Part shown: positions 25,301 through 38,534 of the stretch, one piece after another
How positions within the stretch are numbered: the stretch's first letter is position 1
Layout: each line of letters begins with the position of its first letter
DNA from: Azolla caroliniana
Lineage: Eukaryota > Plantae > Polypodiophyta
Assembly: GCA_043228905.1 (NCBI GenBank)
Contig: JBHGNT010000147.1
Span: 1,308-65,307, forward strand
DNA length: 64,000 bases
Direction: 5' to 3'
Notes under the pieces: model-generated
The model's input: the letters and a program-made list of their open reading frames with translations, nothing else
The model's database searches: none
What the model was told of the DNA's origin: nothing
Made by a program: the position numbers and the translations under genes

Positions 25301-27642
25301 GAGGAAGCTGAAATCGGAACTGACCAAGACCCCGAATCGGATTCGGATGAAGAACAAATAGTGGAGCCGGTTGCCGAAGGCCAAAGATGAAGATATCCCC
25401 TCAGAGAGAGAAGGCCCCCCCGGAGATTTCTGGATGCAGAGCATGTGCTGCTGACCGATGAGGGAGAGCCGGAAAGCTTCGAAGAAGCGAAGGATGACAC
25501 CCACAACCGCAAATTGTTAAGTGCCATGCAGGATGAGATGGATTCCCTGCATGAGAACCATACGTACGAATTGGTGGAGTTGCCGAAAGAAAAGTGGGCA
25601 CTCCGAAATAAGTGGGTGTACAAGCTGAAGCCGGGAGATGCCGGAAATCCTCCAAGATACAAAGCTAGGATCGTGGTGAAGGGGTTCCAGCAGAAGAAGG
25701 GCATGGAATTCAATGAGATTTTTGCCCCGGTAGTAAAGATGACTTCCATTTGGACAGTGCTGAGTATAGCGGCAAGCATGGACCTCGAGGTAGAGCAGCT
25801 GGACGTGAAGACGACATTCCTTCACGGTGACCTCGAAGTGGAGATCTACATGTAGCAACCGGAAGGATTCGTGGAGAAAGGGAAGGAGCACTTGGTTTGC
25901 CTGTTGAAGAAGAGCCTGTACGGATTGAAGTAGGCTACCCGACAATGGTACCAAAAGTTCGACTCCTTCATGACCGACCAAGGGTATCAGAAAACGCAAA
26001 CCGATCACTGCGTGTTTGTAAAGAAGTTCGAAGGAGGCGACGTCTTGATACTCCTTCTGTACGTGGATGACATGTTGATCGTCGGACGGGACCAATCCAA
26101 AATATGGATGCTGAAGAAGGCTCTCAATCGTACCTTCGCAATGAAAGACTTGGGCCCGGCAAGACAGATACTGGGGATGCACATCATCCGGGACCGGTTA
26201 AAGAAGCAATTGTGGTTGTCACAGGAGAAATACGTGACAAAAGTTCTTCAGCGGTTCAACATGTTAGAAGCAAAACCGGTCGGATTGACACTCCCGACAA
26301 ACTGCAGACTATCCGGTAAGCAAAGCCCGAAGACGAAACCAAAGAAGGTGGATATGGTGAAGGTTCCATATGCCTCTGCTGTCGGGAGCCTAATGTACGC
26401 AATGGTCTATACTCGGCCGGATATTGGATACACAGTAGGAGTGGTGAGCCGGTTTATGAGCAATCCCGGCAAGGAGCACTGGAACGCAGTCAAATGGATA
26501 CTCCGGTACTTGAAGGGCACTTCGAATATGTGTCTCCGATTCGGCTCCGGTAAACCTCAACTTGACGGTTTTACTGATTCGGACATGTCGGCTGATGTGG
26601 ATACCAGCTGGTCTACATCCGGGTATGTAATGACATATGCACGAGGAGCTGTTTCGTGGCAGTCGAGGCTGCAGAAGACGGTTGTGTTGTCAACCACGGA
26701 GGCGGAGTACATGACGGATGTTGAAGCCGGCAAGGAAATATTATGGATGAAGGATTTCATCGGAGAGCTCGGTATCCGACAAGATGAATACCGGCTCTAT
26801 TGTGACAGTCAGAGTGCCATCCACCTTGCTAAGAATGCAGCGTGCCATTCTAGGACGAAGCACATCCAACGTAGGTATCACTGGATCCGGGAGCGAATAG
26901 AAGATCGAGAGTTCACGTTGACGAAGATCTACACGGACGAGAACGGGTCAGATATGCCAACCAAAGTACTGATACCCGACAAGCTGGATGCATGTCGGAA
27001 GTGGATCAGACTAGTAAGACCTCCCATGCCGGAGTGAAGGGGGAGTTTGTTAGGAAACAGGTCCCTCCGGATGGGAAGTGAGAACCAGATGTGGAGTACC
27101 CAGCAACGGAAGACCCGGTGAGAACCGGATGTGGAGTACCTGGCAACGGAAGACCTGGTGAGAACCTCTCATTAGATGGAAGGGACATATATGTAAATAT
27201 GTTCCAGAGAGCCCACCGGGGCTATATTTGTAAATAGCCCGAAAGTCATATTAGTATAAATATGACCTAGGGCAAGCTTAATGTGGATGTAGAGTTTGTT
27301 GTGTTATTGTTGGTGTGGCGATAATTCAGAGCGTAACTGTGTACAGAGAAGAGAGAGAGAGAGGAAGAGGTTGTTGCCTCTGTTGTAACCGCCTGGTGGC
27401 GAAGCGAGAGAGCAAGAGGTCGTTGCCTCTGTGCCCCATTGTTGTAATCTTGATATAGTGATATTTTGTAGTACGAGGGTTGCCGTGGTTTTTCCCAGAT
27501 TTGGGTTTTCCACGTTAATATCTAGTGCACTCTCTTCCTTATTGTTTCGCCTGTAGATACATCTCACCACATCCTTGTTTTCTGTGCTTGATCCAACGTC
27601 TCGGTTGTGGCCGAGCATAGCAAGGAAACCGTATTCCTGTCA
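22391..27642 (+). mobile_element. Ty1/Copia element F, full length
   Basis: 595-bp LTRs (22391-22985, 27048-27642; roughly 3-4% divergent by eye), TSD CATGT on both sides, tRNA-iMet PBS TGGTATCAGAG (22989-22999), PPT GAAGGGGGAG. Confidence 0.98.
23018..27037 (+). pseudogene. pol: Copia F gag-pol
   Basis: CFYCGKLGH, WVVDSGA, LWHKRLCH, LELVHTDV, YKARIVVKG, LLYVDDML, YCDSQSAIHL; several in-frame stops. Confidence 0.95.
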
Positions 27643-27647
27643 CATGT

Positions 27648-30600
27648 TATGCCATTCCAGGTCGCACACAATGGACTGATGCGAATATAACTTGCTGAAC
27701 TGGCAAGCGGCACCAGTAAGAAAAATCGATACCCGTAGCGACCGAGAAGAGGAAGAAGAACGTTGGCATCGAGACGAGCGTTACCGGTCAGTATAGGATG
27801 TCTGGTACAACGACAGAAGGGACACTTATGACCGGGACCGGTATGACAGGTACCGGGATTATAATGGTGACCGTTCTCATCATGATCACTCTTCGAGTTA
27901 CAATCAGAGGAGAGAGGATCAACGTGGGGATTACGAAGATCGCTGCCAACAAGGATACAAGAATCACCGATGTTTTAATAAGAAATGAAATAACCGAAAG
28001 GAGGAGCGTCGAGAACCGAAGAAGGAATACTGATGAGAGCCGGAGAGAGGCTTGAGTGGCACCCAGCCAGAACAAAGACGAATGGAAGAGCCTAATAGAC
28101 CGGCAACGAGATTTCAACCAAGTACCGGGCCTAAAGCTGAATGTAGCAATACCCGGAAAGCGTATTGTTATTATTGCCGGCAGGAAGACGATTACAGCAA
28201 CCAATGCCCGGTGAAAAGTAACGAAAAGAGACCGGCAGTCAATATGGTGGTAGTATAGGTCGCCGATATACAACAAGTCACCACCAGGTCAAAAGGAAAT
28301 ATGACAGAGTGGGAAGCACAAGAGGCTATCCGGAAACAGGCCACCGAATGGGTAGAGAAGGCGAATGAACGGAATGCAGTTGAAGTCAAACAACAAAAGG
28401 CGGCACCAGAGGAGCTCACCGACACATTCCAGTCAGAAAACCCAACATGGCAGGCGTTACAGGATTGTCAAATTATGTTGCCATTAGGCCGGCTACTACA
28501 ATTAGTACCCTGGTTCACGGATGGGCTGAAATCGGCAAGAACACCACCAGACTCGTCGCCGGCTCTGGCTTTCTATTCCAACCCAGAGGAAGGGCCGGCG
28601 GTGGTGGACACAAGCAGTCCGGCAATCACTGCCATTGTCAAAGGACGCGAGCTACGAGGGACGATCGTCGATGGAGGATCAGACGTCAATGTAACCAGCC
28701 TCCGTACTTGTGACACCCTGGGAATCCAGGAGTGGGAGCCTTGCCCGTTTTGGCTCTGGATGGCAGATACGAGTTCGGTAAGACCCACCGATTTAATATG
28801 AGATTTGGAGGTAACAATTGGAGGAAATGCATTCTTCATTTAAGCGGTGGTTCTCCAGTTAAATACCCAAGGGGCTTACCCACTATTGCTGGGACGACCA
28901 TGGTTGAGGATGGCGCACATTAAGCAAAACTGGCGAAAGAACGTGATTACATTCCGTCGAGGCAAAACCAAAGTACGGGTACTGACACATCCACAAACCG
29001 GAACCGGCAAAGAGCTAACACCGTTATACGCTGAAAGTGTTAATATGCTGGAAGGGCTCGCCGATGAGGAAGTCGATCAGTATCTCGAGGATAATCCAAA
29101 AATCTTACCTTTGTTCGAAATAGATATGGCCAAAGAAGTCTCTCTGTATATTGCACAACCGGAAGATGCCGGAGAGGAACTGTATAGAGAGGCTGTTAGA
29201 GAACTATGTCCAGCACAGGAAGCCTTGGAATGGGAAATGGCGGTATCTCAAAGGGTAAAGGCCTCCCAACTAGAGGAAGTAAACTTGGGAACTGGAGAGG
29301 AAGCACGACCAGTACATATTGCCAAAGAAATGTCACCGGAAAACAAAACGACAATGATTACACTATTGAAAGAATTCCGGGACGTATTTTCCTGGTCCGA
29401 TGAGGATATGTGAGGGCTGGATCCACAACTATATCAACATCAGATACATCTCAGCAAAGACGCCAAACCGGCAGTACAAAGGCGCTACCGAATGAACCCT
29501 AATTATGCGATAAGGGTAAAAGAAGAGATCGACAAGTTACTCTGAGTCGGTTTTATCCGGCCGGTTAAGAAAGCCACATGGTTGAGTCCGATAGTCGTCG
29601 TGCCGAAGAAGAACGGGAAGATCTAGGTGGGTGTGGGTCGATTACCAAAAATTGAATGCCGCGACGGTGACCGATGCCTTTCCACTTCCATTCACGGATG
29701 GAGTTCTAGACGCGGTAGCCGGTCATGAGGTATATAGCTTCCTAGACGGATTCAGTGGTTACAATCAAATATGGATGCACCCCAATCACCAAGAAAAGAA
29801 GGCGTTCGTTACCAAGTGGGGTGTTTTTGTTGCCGTAGTGATGATGTTTGGACTCAAGACGGCGCCGGCTACCTTTCAACGGATAATCATGGAAATATTT
29901 GGAGAGTTCATCCCGACGTTTATGCAGGTGTTCCTAGACGACTTCGTGGTGTATAGCCGACAAGGGGAACACTTGGACCATCTCTGGTTATGCCTAGAGA
30001 AATGCAGGGGGTACCGGCTAAGCTTGAACCCAGCAAAGTGTGTGTTTGGGGTGGCTAGTGGTACCCTACTTGGCCATATAGTCAGCAAGGACAGGATAAC
30101 AGTAGACCCGGACAAAGTCAGGGCAATCTTGGAGGCACCGACACCAACGACGGCCAAATCATTAAGCAAATTCTTTGGAAAAATCGGGTGGCATAAATGG
30201 ATGCTCTGGTATTTGGCAGATCTTGCAACACCGCTGCATGATGTGGTTCACCGGACATCGTTTCAATGGACGGCTATAGAGAATGACGCTTACCGGGCGC
30301 TGTCGTGATAGTACAATTCCGGACGAGGACAAATGGCTAACGAACATGCATTAGTTCTTAAGCATGGGACTACCTCCGGAAGAGATGAACAGAGACAAGC
30401 GGAAACGATTGGCGGTCCAAAGCCGACATTTTTGTTTATTACGGGACACCCTATAGCACAAGGGAGTCGATGGAATATGGCGGAGAGCGGTGCGGAGCGA
30501 TGAAAGAACACCATATTACGGGAAGCACATTGCGGAGTTGCCGGAGGACACTATGCCGGTGAAGTTACAGCAAGAAAGATATGGCGTAGTGGGCTATGGT

Positions 30601-31620
30601 GGCCAACGACACTGAAACATTCTGTCCGATATACGAAGGAATGTGATTTGTGCCAATGAATGGGCCAACCGACAGAACAGGCGTGGACACCTCACCAGCC
30701 GGTACTACCCTTGGAACCATTTCAAAAATGGTTATTGCACCAAGTGGGTAGAGGCCAAGGCTTTGCAAGACAATACCGCGGCATCAATGGCGAAGTTCCT
30801 TTACGAGTACATCTGGTGCCGTTACGGATGTCCCATCGAATTAATTAGCGACCAAGATTGTCACTTCCTCGGTCAAGTAGTGGAGAGCCAAACAACATTC
30901 TACGCAGTAGTACACAAGCGCAGTACTCCGTACTACCTGCAGGCCAATGGATTGGCCGAGTCCACCAACAAGACACTACAGAACATCCTCCAGAAGATCG
31001 TCAACGAAAACCGGACTGATTGGGACATGAAGTTCCACAACGCATTATGAGCATACCGGACGGCGTATAAAACGAGCATCAGGTCGACACCATTTAGGTT
31101 AGCGTTCGGACTAGAAGCGGTGATGCCGATTGAGTTTCAAGTACCAAGCTTACGGATACAGGTCCAAGAACGACTGAGTGAGAAGGAATAAGAGAAAATC
31201 CGATTGGCGGCACTATGTGAGCTGGAAGAGCATCGGATAGCGAGTATCATGTAGTTGGAACTGGAGCAGTGTCAAAGGAAGGCATTCGTCGACCGGCACC
31301 GGAAGGGCAATGAGAAGCTGTTCGGAATCGTCAAGCCGGTACTCGTGTTTCAAACCCGGATGGGTAAGGTGCTAGGCAAGCTACGGTTCCGGTGGACCCG
31401 ACCATACTGGATCACGCGAGAATTCAACGGTTCCTACCAGTTAGGCATGCTGGCCGGTGAAGTACTGGACAAATGGGTAAATGGGTTCCGGTTTAAACCT
31501 TACTACGGGCCCATGCCACCAAACCCGTTCCATCAGGTGGAGACCGATGCGGTAACCGGAAGCGACACACAATTGGCCAGCAACCAAGAGGAGCCAGGGT
31601 TACCAAAAAACCGGGACTAA
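27648..31620 (+). pseudogene. pol: Gypsy D gag 3' part and pol (RNase H region largely deleted)
   Basis: ORFs 28301-28801 (protease), 29631-30308 (RT), 30643-31050 and 31255-31620 (integrase). RT jumps almost directly to the integrase zinc finger. Confidence 0.88.
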
Positions 31621-31773
31621 TGCTTAATTCATTTTTAAAAAAAAAGAAAAAAAAGAAAAAGAAAAGTCATCATGCATAGGCGAGGAGCGAACGGGCACTT
31701 TGAAAAAGGTGTGTGGTTGGTGGCTAATTAAAGCTTCTTTAAAAAGCCACCATGTGTCAACTGACTGCTATAT

Positions 31774-32479
31774 TGTTGGGATTTCGGTCCCTCCGAATGG
31801 GATGTCCGGAGATGAATGACGGCAAGCCCGGTTGCGGTTACGGAACCGGAGGATGAAGAGTACCCGGCATGAAGCCGGATGAAGAGTACCCGGATACGGA
31901 GTCGGATGATGAAGACCCCGGCTACGGAGCCGGATGATAAAGACCCCGGCTACGGAGCCGGATGATGGAGACCCCGGCTACAGAGCCGGATGACGAATGT
32001 ACCCGGAGAGAGATCCGGATGCGGGGACATATTTGTGAATATGTTTGCCAAGGGCCCTTGAGGCTATATTTGTAAATAGCCCGAAAGTCATATGTGTATA
32101 AATATGACTTAGGGCAAACACTGTTTGTGTTGTTGCTCATTTTTCCTGTTTTTCCATTTAGAGGGAGCGAAGTGAGAGCAGCCGAGAGAGAGAGCGAGAG
32201 AGAGAGAGGGAGAGGTCGACGCCTCTGTGTAATACCGCCGCCTGTGGCGAGGATAGCGAGCTCAAGGTCGTCGCCTTGCAGATCGCCATTGTATATTTCT
32301 CTGTGCATAGTTTTGGTTTGGAGTCTTGCACTCCCGTGGTTTTTCCCGTATAGGGTTTTCCACGTTAATCCGTGTGTTATCGTGTCTTTCTCTGTGTTTC
32401 CTATTTTCTGCTGCATTGATCCGTGATTTCTCGGTTGTGGCCGAGCGGTGAAGAAGAATCGGAGCGTTAATTCTCAACA
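31774..32479 (+). mobile_element. Solo LTR (706 bp) of a Copia family related to F
   Basis: TGTTG...CAACA with TSD TATAT on both sides. Shares GGCTATATTTGTAAATAGCCCGAAAGTC and GGGTTTTCCACGTTAAT with the F LTRs. Carries ~26-28-bp tandem repeats at 31845-32005. Confidence 0.93.
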
Positions 32480-32689
32480 TATATAGTACACGACGTGCAT
32501 GCATGGGAATCAAGAAAAGGTGCCAAGCATGGAGAGACAAAACCTCTGCCTCACAGAGTCCCTCTCATTTTGCGAGAACAGAGCACTAAGCGCACACAAC
32601 CAATTAAGAGTGATCAGACGAACGCAAGAGGAACACACATACATACTAATTCTACTAAGTCCCACAAACTCAAACGACGAGATGGACAC

Positions 32690-33858
32690 ATGGCACTCTC
32701 AGAAGCAGCCAAGAAATGGTTCAAGAAACACGGGTTGGAAGGGTTCCTAAGAATCGTCGATGCACCTCCGCACAGCGAGGCGGAGAAAGTGGTGCAGGAG
32801 ATCAATACGGAGGTCATCACAGAGGAGGCCATCCGCGCCATGACCACCTTACCGAAGGGCGGAATATTCTCGATCCTTCACTGAGATGCTCACGAAGTTC
32901 TTCGGTGAGTACTCCCTAGCTAGCAAGGCGTACCACACGCAAGGCGGCGAGGACGCTTTATTCCGAGAAGTCGCTCATGTGCTTCATGAGTATGAGCATG
33001 TACACCCTCGACCCCCGGCTATGCCAAAGAACAGAGCCGGTTTGATTATAACGACTTATGAGGGAGTACAGGTGGATTGGCCAATGATCATAGCCTCAAT
33101 AAAGGATGGCAAGAAGATGTGGACAGCGGTGGCGCAATTGCTCACTCTTTTAGCACTGCCGGTAGAGCCGATGCAGTCGAAGAAACGGGGGCGACCGACT
33201 GAATCAACCCCCAACCAATCTTCAAAAAGGCAACAACTACTGGCTAAACTACTGATCGGATGGAATGCGGCCGGCTCCTCACAGAAGACATAGGAGCAGC
33301 CTAGTTGGAAGTGTATGACAGAGAAGGAGACACCGGTGGAACCACCGGTGAGACCGTTAAAAGTTAAGTTGTGCCGGTCCGAACAACAATCGGAACAAGC
33401 ACAGGAGCAAGACCCCTTGGCGGCATTAATCAATAGTGGCACCCTAGCAGAGGAGCAAGAAGAAGAACCTCTCGAGTCCCTAGTACGTCGCAAACAGACA
33501 CGCAACGAGGGCCATAGAGGGGAGGAATCAAGTTAAGTAAGGGATAGTATACCAAAGACCCCGGCCCGAGGAGCTGCAACTAAGGAAGGAGTCAAAAACG
33601 GTTCAACCAGATCCGGTGTTAGTAGCACCTGTGCGGCAAGAAGGAATGGAACCGGTTGTTCAAAAATCGGTGATTGAATTGCCAGTGTCGCCGACGCAGC
33701 AGCAACAACAAGAACAGGAACTACCGCTAACCTCCCAGAATAGCTTCCCGGCGAGTGGGGAAGCTACACCACGCCCAGAACCGGCACGACAACAAAACAC
33801 CGGCAACCAATGGCTATGGTGGATAGGAGAAAAGTGGCCGGCATGGGGTGCCACATAG
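32690..33858 (+). pseudogene. Additional sense-strand ORF downstream of Gypsy D pol (env-position ORF, function unknown)
   Basis: Fragments MALSEAAKKWFKKHGLEGFLR..., ...GVQVDWPMII...KKRGRP and a long disordered tail; composition matches the element. Confidence 0.6.
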
Positions 33859-34189
33859 AAGCAGACTTATGACTCTAAGAGCTTACCATTTACCCTATAC
33901 TTGTAATATATATAAAACAATATATGTGTTGTTTTATTTGTAGTAGTATTGTATGGTTTAAACCATAAGCCATATAATGTACTACATGTGCACCATATAG
34001 CATATTACATTGTCAAGAGAGGACTGGAACCAACAACATCTACCTTACAAGTCTCGAACCTTACCATTTACCCTATATCCATGATTTATATATCTATGTA
34101 TATTATATTATTTGAATTGATAATGTATAGTCTAAACAATGTACTACATGTGCACCATATAGCACACATGCAAGAGTCCTCTCTGCATG

Positions 34190-34807
34190 TGTGACATATG
34201 GCCCACATGCAAAACCATCCCCTTCTTATAAAAGGAGAAGGGAGTATAGTCACAAGGATATGGAAGGAATTGAAATCGAAGAACTATATTGTATGATATA
34301 TCAAGAGAACCAAATAGAATTATATTACATAAGATATAGCATAAGATAGAAAGAGCAAGAGAAGAAGAAAAGACAAAAGAAGGATTGAAAAGACAAGAGA
34401 AGAGCTAGCTTGGTGGTTGTGGTGCTCAACTTGTAATGAAAGGGTGGTGGTTCGATGATGACATTGAAGTGAAGATTCTTATCAAGAAAGAGAAGAGTGA
34501 TTGCCTTGTGAGACAGAGTTCGAAGGTTCAATGACGCTTGCAACCATTTTGTAACTGTTTCATCAAATAAATATAAATTTCTTTTATTCCTTCAAATATC
34601 ATTCTATATCCTATCTTGTCATATCTTGTTGATCTCTATTTACTCTATCTCTACTCTTTCGTCTCTTTCGTCCATAATCTTGGTGATTCCTTCCTCACCG
34701 TTGTCATGAAGTTTCGCGTGCGTGTGTCGCTTGAACGGGACCGTCGGGGCCTTGAACTAGGGAGACAAAAGAAGCGAGGATACTGGGAGATTCTGATGTC
34801 AATGACA
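34190..34807 (+). repeat. Possible LTR remnant
   Basis: TGTGAC...TGACA ends with TATAAAAGG and an AATAAA-like segment; no TSD or partner found. Confidence 0.3.
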
Positions 34808-37800
34808 TGGGGAAAATATACATAAGTGTAGATATAAAATAGGCTTTAAACAACAATTAGACTAAATACCACGATTTCGGTGGGGTGTTTTTTACATAGA
34901 ATTGGTTTCATGATTAATAAAAACAACTATGAATCAAAACGGGTTTTTATTTTCTTTAGAATTGCTAGGCTTGACACCACGATTTCAGTGGTTTTTACAA
35001 AAATCATTATGAAATAATCAAGGCTAAAATAGTCTAGCGAAGGCGAGTCTAGTGGACTCCGAGCTCGACTACTTCCGACGGCTATGTTGCGTCGATTCGG
35101 AGTAGCCCTCGCGCCACTACAACCTCCCTTCCGCAATCGGCCTTTGAGTTTACTACCACCGAGATGCCGAAAAAGCCGTTGTTTAGGAAATACAAACCCT
35201 AAATTGTCTTGAGTAAGAAGTAGAATAATAGAAATAAACTAAGAAACCCTAAAATTCCAAGTTCTCTAGTATGATGAGGTAGAAAAAGCTTTGAAACCCC
35301 AAGTCTAGAAGGAAAAGAAGAAGGAGAAAGGGAGGCTACAAAACCCTAACCCAAGAAGAAGAGGAGAAGATGAAACCCTAGTGGCACACCCCTAGAAGAC
35401 AAAATGGGCGACCCCATAGTAAGCCTTACTCCTCCCCTCGCGCCTATTTTAACATTACATGCTTTTTTTTCCCCTTTACCACAAAAATGGAAGGGGAGCA
35501 AAATACTCCTTAATTCATCACAAGAGAGACTTGACCATTACACCTCCCCAAGTATACTTATAAGCCCTAACCACTAAGCTACTACAACTTTATTCTTATT
35601 ATTATATTTTGATTCATACATTACTTTATGTGATGTGCGTGAAACTCGCTTTTTCTCACACTATACACGCCACACCACGACACTGTCACGATATCTTTTG
35701 TCTACGCAATGTTACACTTCTTAACGAGCCATGCCACGACAACAGCAAGAACAACAACTTGTACCCACTGAACGTAATCAATCCAGAGGGCACAATCAAT
35801 ATAGTCGAAGTGTCTGATGCTACATTATGGCATGGCCAACTCAACCATATGTCTCAAGCTGCATTGGACCGACTAACGACAATCGGCTACATTCCAAAGC
35901 TCCAAGTGAAGACAAACTTCTATGAGCATTGTCGGTACAGGAAACGGACCCGAAGTCTGCACTCTCTCCATTCTGAGACGGTATGGCAACCCCTAGAACT
36001 AGTCCACTCTGATATTTGCGGGTTGATGGCCAAAAGTTCACTAGGAGGCTCCCGATACTTCATCATGTTCGTTGATGATTGCACCCCGAAAGTTTGGGCT
36101 TGCTCCATTAAATCCAAAGATGAAGCTCTAGAAGTTCTCACTCAGTGGCTAGCCAAAGCAGAAAATCGATGCGGCCATAAGGTGATGACACTCAGATCAG
36201 ACAACGGAGGGGAATACACCACTAGAGCCTTCGAAAAGTACTAGTCCAAAAAGGGAATCTAGTATCAAAAAACAATTCCCTACATCCCCATGTAGAACGG
36301 TGTAGCCAAACGGATGAACCGGACCATCCAACTGAGGGTGATGGCAATGCTCCAGCATGCCAGACTAAAGCTAGAGTTTTAGGCCGAAGCATTGAATATG
36401 GCAGTATACTTGATCAATCTATCGCCATCACACACAATCCGGCTCCAAGTTCCACAAGCACTATGGTTCGGCAGACAACCGACCTACGATTGGCTTCGTA
36501 CATTCGGATGCGAAACCTTTGCCTTTATTCGGAGGGAGAAAAGGACCAAGTTGGCGCCCCATTCGCTCAAGTGCATTTTCTCGATTATGAAACCGATGGG
36601 ATTTTCGGACATTGGCTATGGGATCCGGAAAATCGAAAACTGATCCGGAGCAACGATGTTGTTTTCAATGAAGACTCAATTCTCTTTGGCCGGTTCCAGC
36701 TAAAAATCGGCAAAAGAATCACATTCGATCTTTCCGAAAAGAATCGGATGACAACGAACCGATTATTCACTCCGAATCGAAAATTCGGCAAAATGCCGAA
36801 CTTGAATCGACCAACAACCCCCTTGTTGAACCCAAAGACAAAAGGTCCAACAACCAACTTCGAATAGGCTCAAAGATTAACAGAGCCCTATTGGTTAAAG
36901 TAATCACCGGCCGATTTGAACCGGCCAAAGCACCAACAACACAGTCAATCACTCCCAAAAAAGAGGCTCATCCAACAACAACGCATGACAATTGCCACAA
37001 ACTCTTTACAATGATTTTTCAAAGCATGCCGATCGGCCGGACAAGCCAATTGAAGAATCTGAACGGACCATATCAACGCCAAGGAGATCCGGACGAGTCC
37101 AAAAGACAACAGAGTTCTATCAACCAAGCCTGGACTACGTCAACTATACGAATGCAGGCGAACCAAGCTACTACAAGGAAGCAATCGCCGCATCAGATGT
37201 CAACACATGGTTATAAGCCATGAGATCCGAGATGGACTGAACTAGAGAGAACAACACATGGGAATTGGTTGAACTACCATCTAGAAGGAAGCCGCTAGCT
37301 TGCAAATCGGTCTACCGATACAAATATGTATCTGGTTCGGACAAACCCAAGTACAAATCTTGGCCTATTGCCAAGGGATTCAGAAAAGAATACGGTGTAG
37401 ACTACGAGGAGATATTGTCTCCGGTAGTCAAAAAATGACAACCCTTCAGCTCCTACTCGGATTCATGGCAATAGAGGACATAAAGCTCGAGTAGTTGGAT
37501 GTCAAGATGGCTTTTTTGGACGACGATTTGGAAGAAGACATATACATGTCCCAACTGGCAGGCTTTATAAAGACGAGGGAGGAAGGTCACCTTGTATGCC
37601 AGCTAAAGAAGAGCCTTTACAGCTTGAAGCAAGCGCCAAGAATGTCCAGTATAAGAAATTTGATACCTACATCCAGCAGCTTGGATACAGCTAGTCGAAC
37701 TCCGACCCATGTATGTACATTCGGAAACTGGCCAACGAGTCCAGAATCTACTCGATCTTATATGTCAAAGACATGCTTATCGGCGGTAGTGATAAAGCAG

Positions 37801-38534
37801 AGATCGGAAAGCTAGAGCGGAGCCTTCATGAAAAAATTTCAATGAAGGAACTTGGAGAAGCGTAACACATATTGGGCATGAGGATAGAGTGAAATTGGGC
37901 AAAAAAGATCCTTCAGCTCTCCCAAACTGACTACATCCGTAAGGTGCCGAAGTGCTTCAACATGGAGCATGCGAAACTGGCACTGTCGTTCTAACTATCG
38001 GACAAAGACTCTCCATCCACAGAGCGGAGAAAATGCTCATGAGTTGAATACCCTACTCATCGGCCGTAGAAGGCTTAGGTACGTAATGATGGCGACCCGA
38101 CCAGACTTTGCCTATGTCGTAGGGGTCACCAACCACTACATGTCCATTCCCAGACGGAAGCATTAGGAAGGTGTGAAGAACATATTCTGGTACCTTCAAG
38201 GCACCGTAGATTTGTAGTTGATTTTCGGATCGAACAATTTGACCGAAGTCGAAAACCTTACGGATTCTGATTATGCTAATAACCTTGACAAATGGAAATC
38301 CACATCAAGATATGTCTTCACCTACGGAGGCGGCGCCATATGGTGGAGGTTGAAATTGCAAGATTGCACAACACTCTCGACAACAGAGGCTGAGTACATA
38401 GCCGCATCAAACACAGCCAAGGAAGTCATTTGTTGCACAGACTATTAGTTGACTTTTCAGCCAAGAGTCAAATTGACCCTACATTATGACTCTCAAAGCA
38501 CAATACACCTCACCTGGAACCTGGTATACCATGT

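Larger units (their letters stand above)
21162..33860 (+). mobile_element. Non-chromovirus Ty3/Gypsy element D with extra 3' ORF; no 3' LTR; hosts Copia F and a solo LTR
   Basis: 5' LTR TGTTGG (21162) to ~21614 with TATAAAA, then a TTTTGGCG PBS-like site. gag starts ~21667. Knuckle CYYCRQEDDYSNQC, protease IVDGGS, RT FLDDF, integrase LISDQD...QANGLAE, RWTRPY...VNGFRFKPY. Confidence 0.85.

Noticed and set aside
35190-35385. AAACCCT telomere-like motifs
   Set aside because: Scattered single copies (telo-box-like), not a tandem telomeric array.
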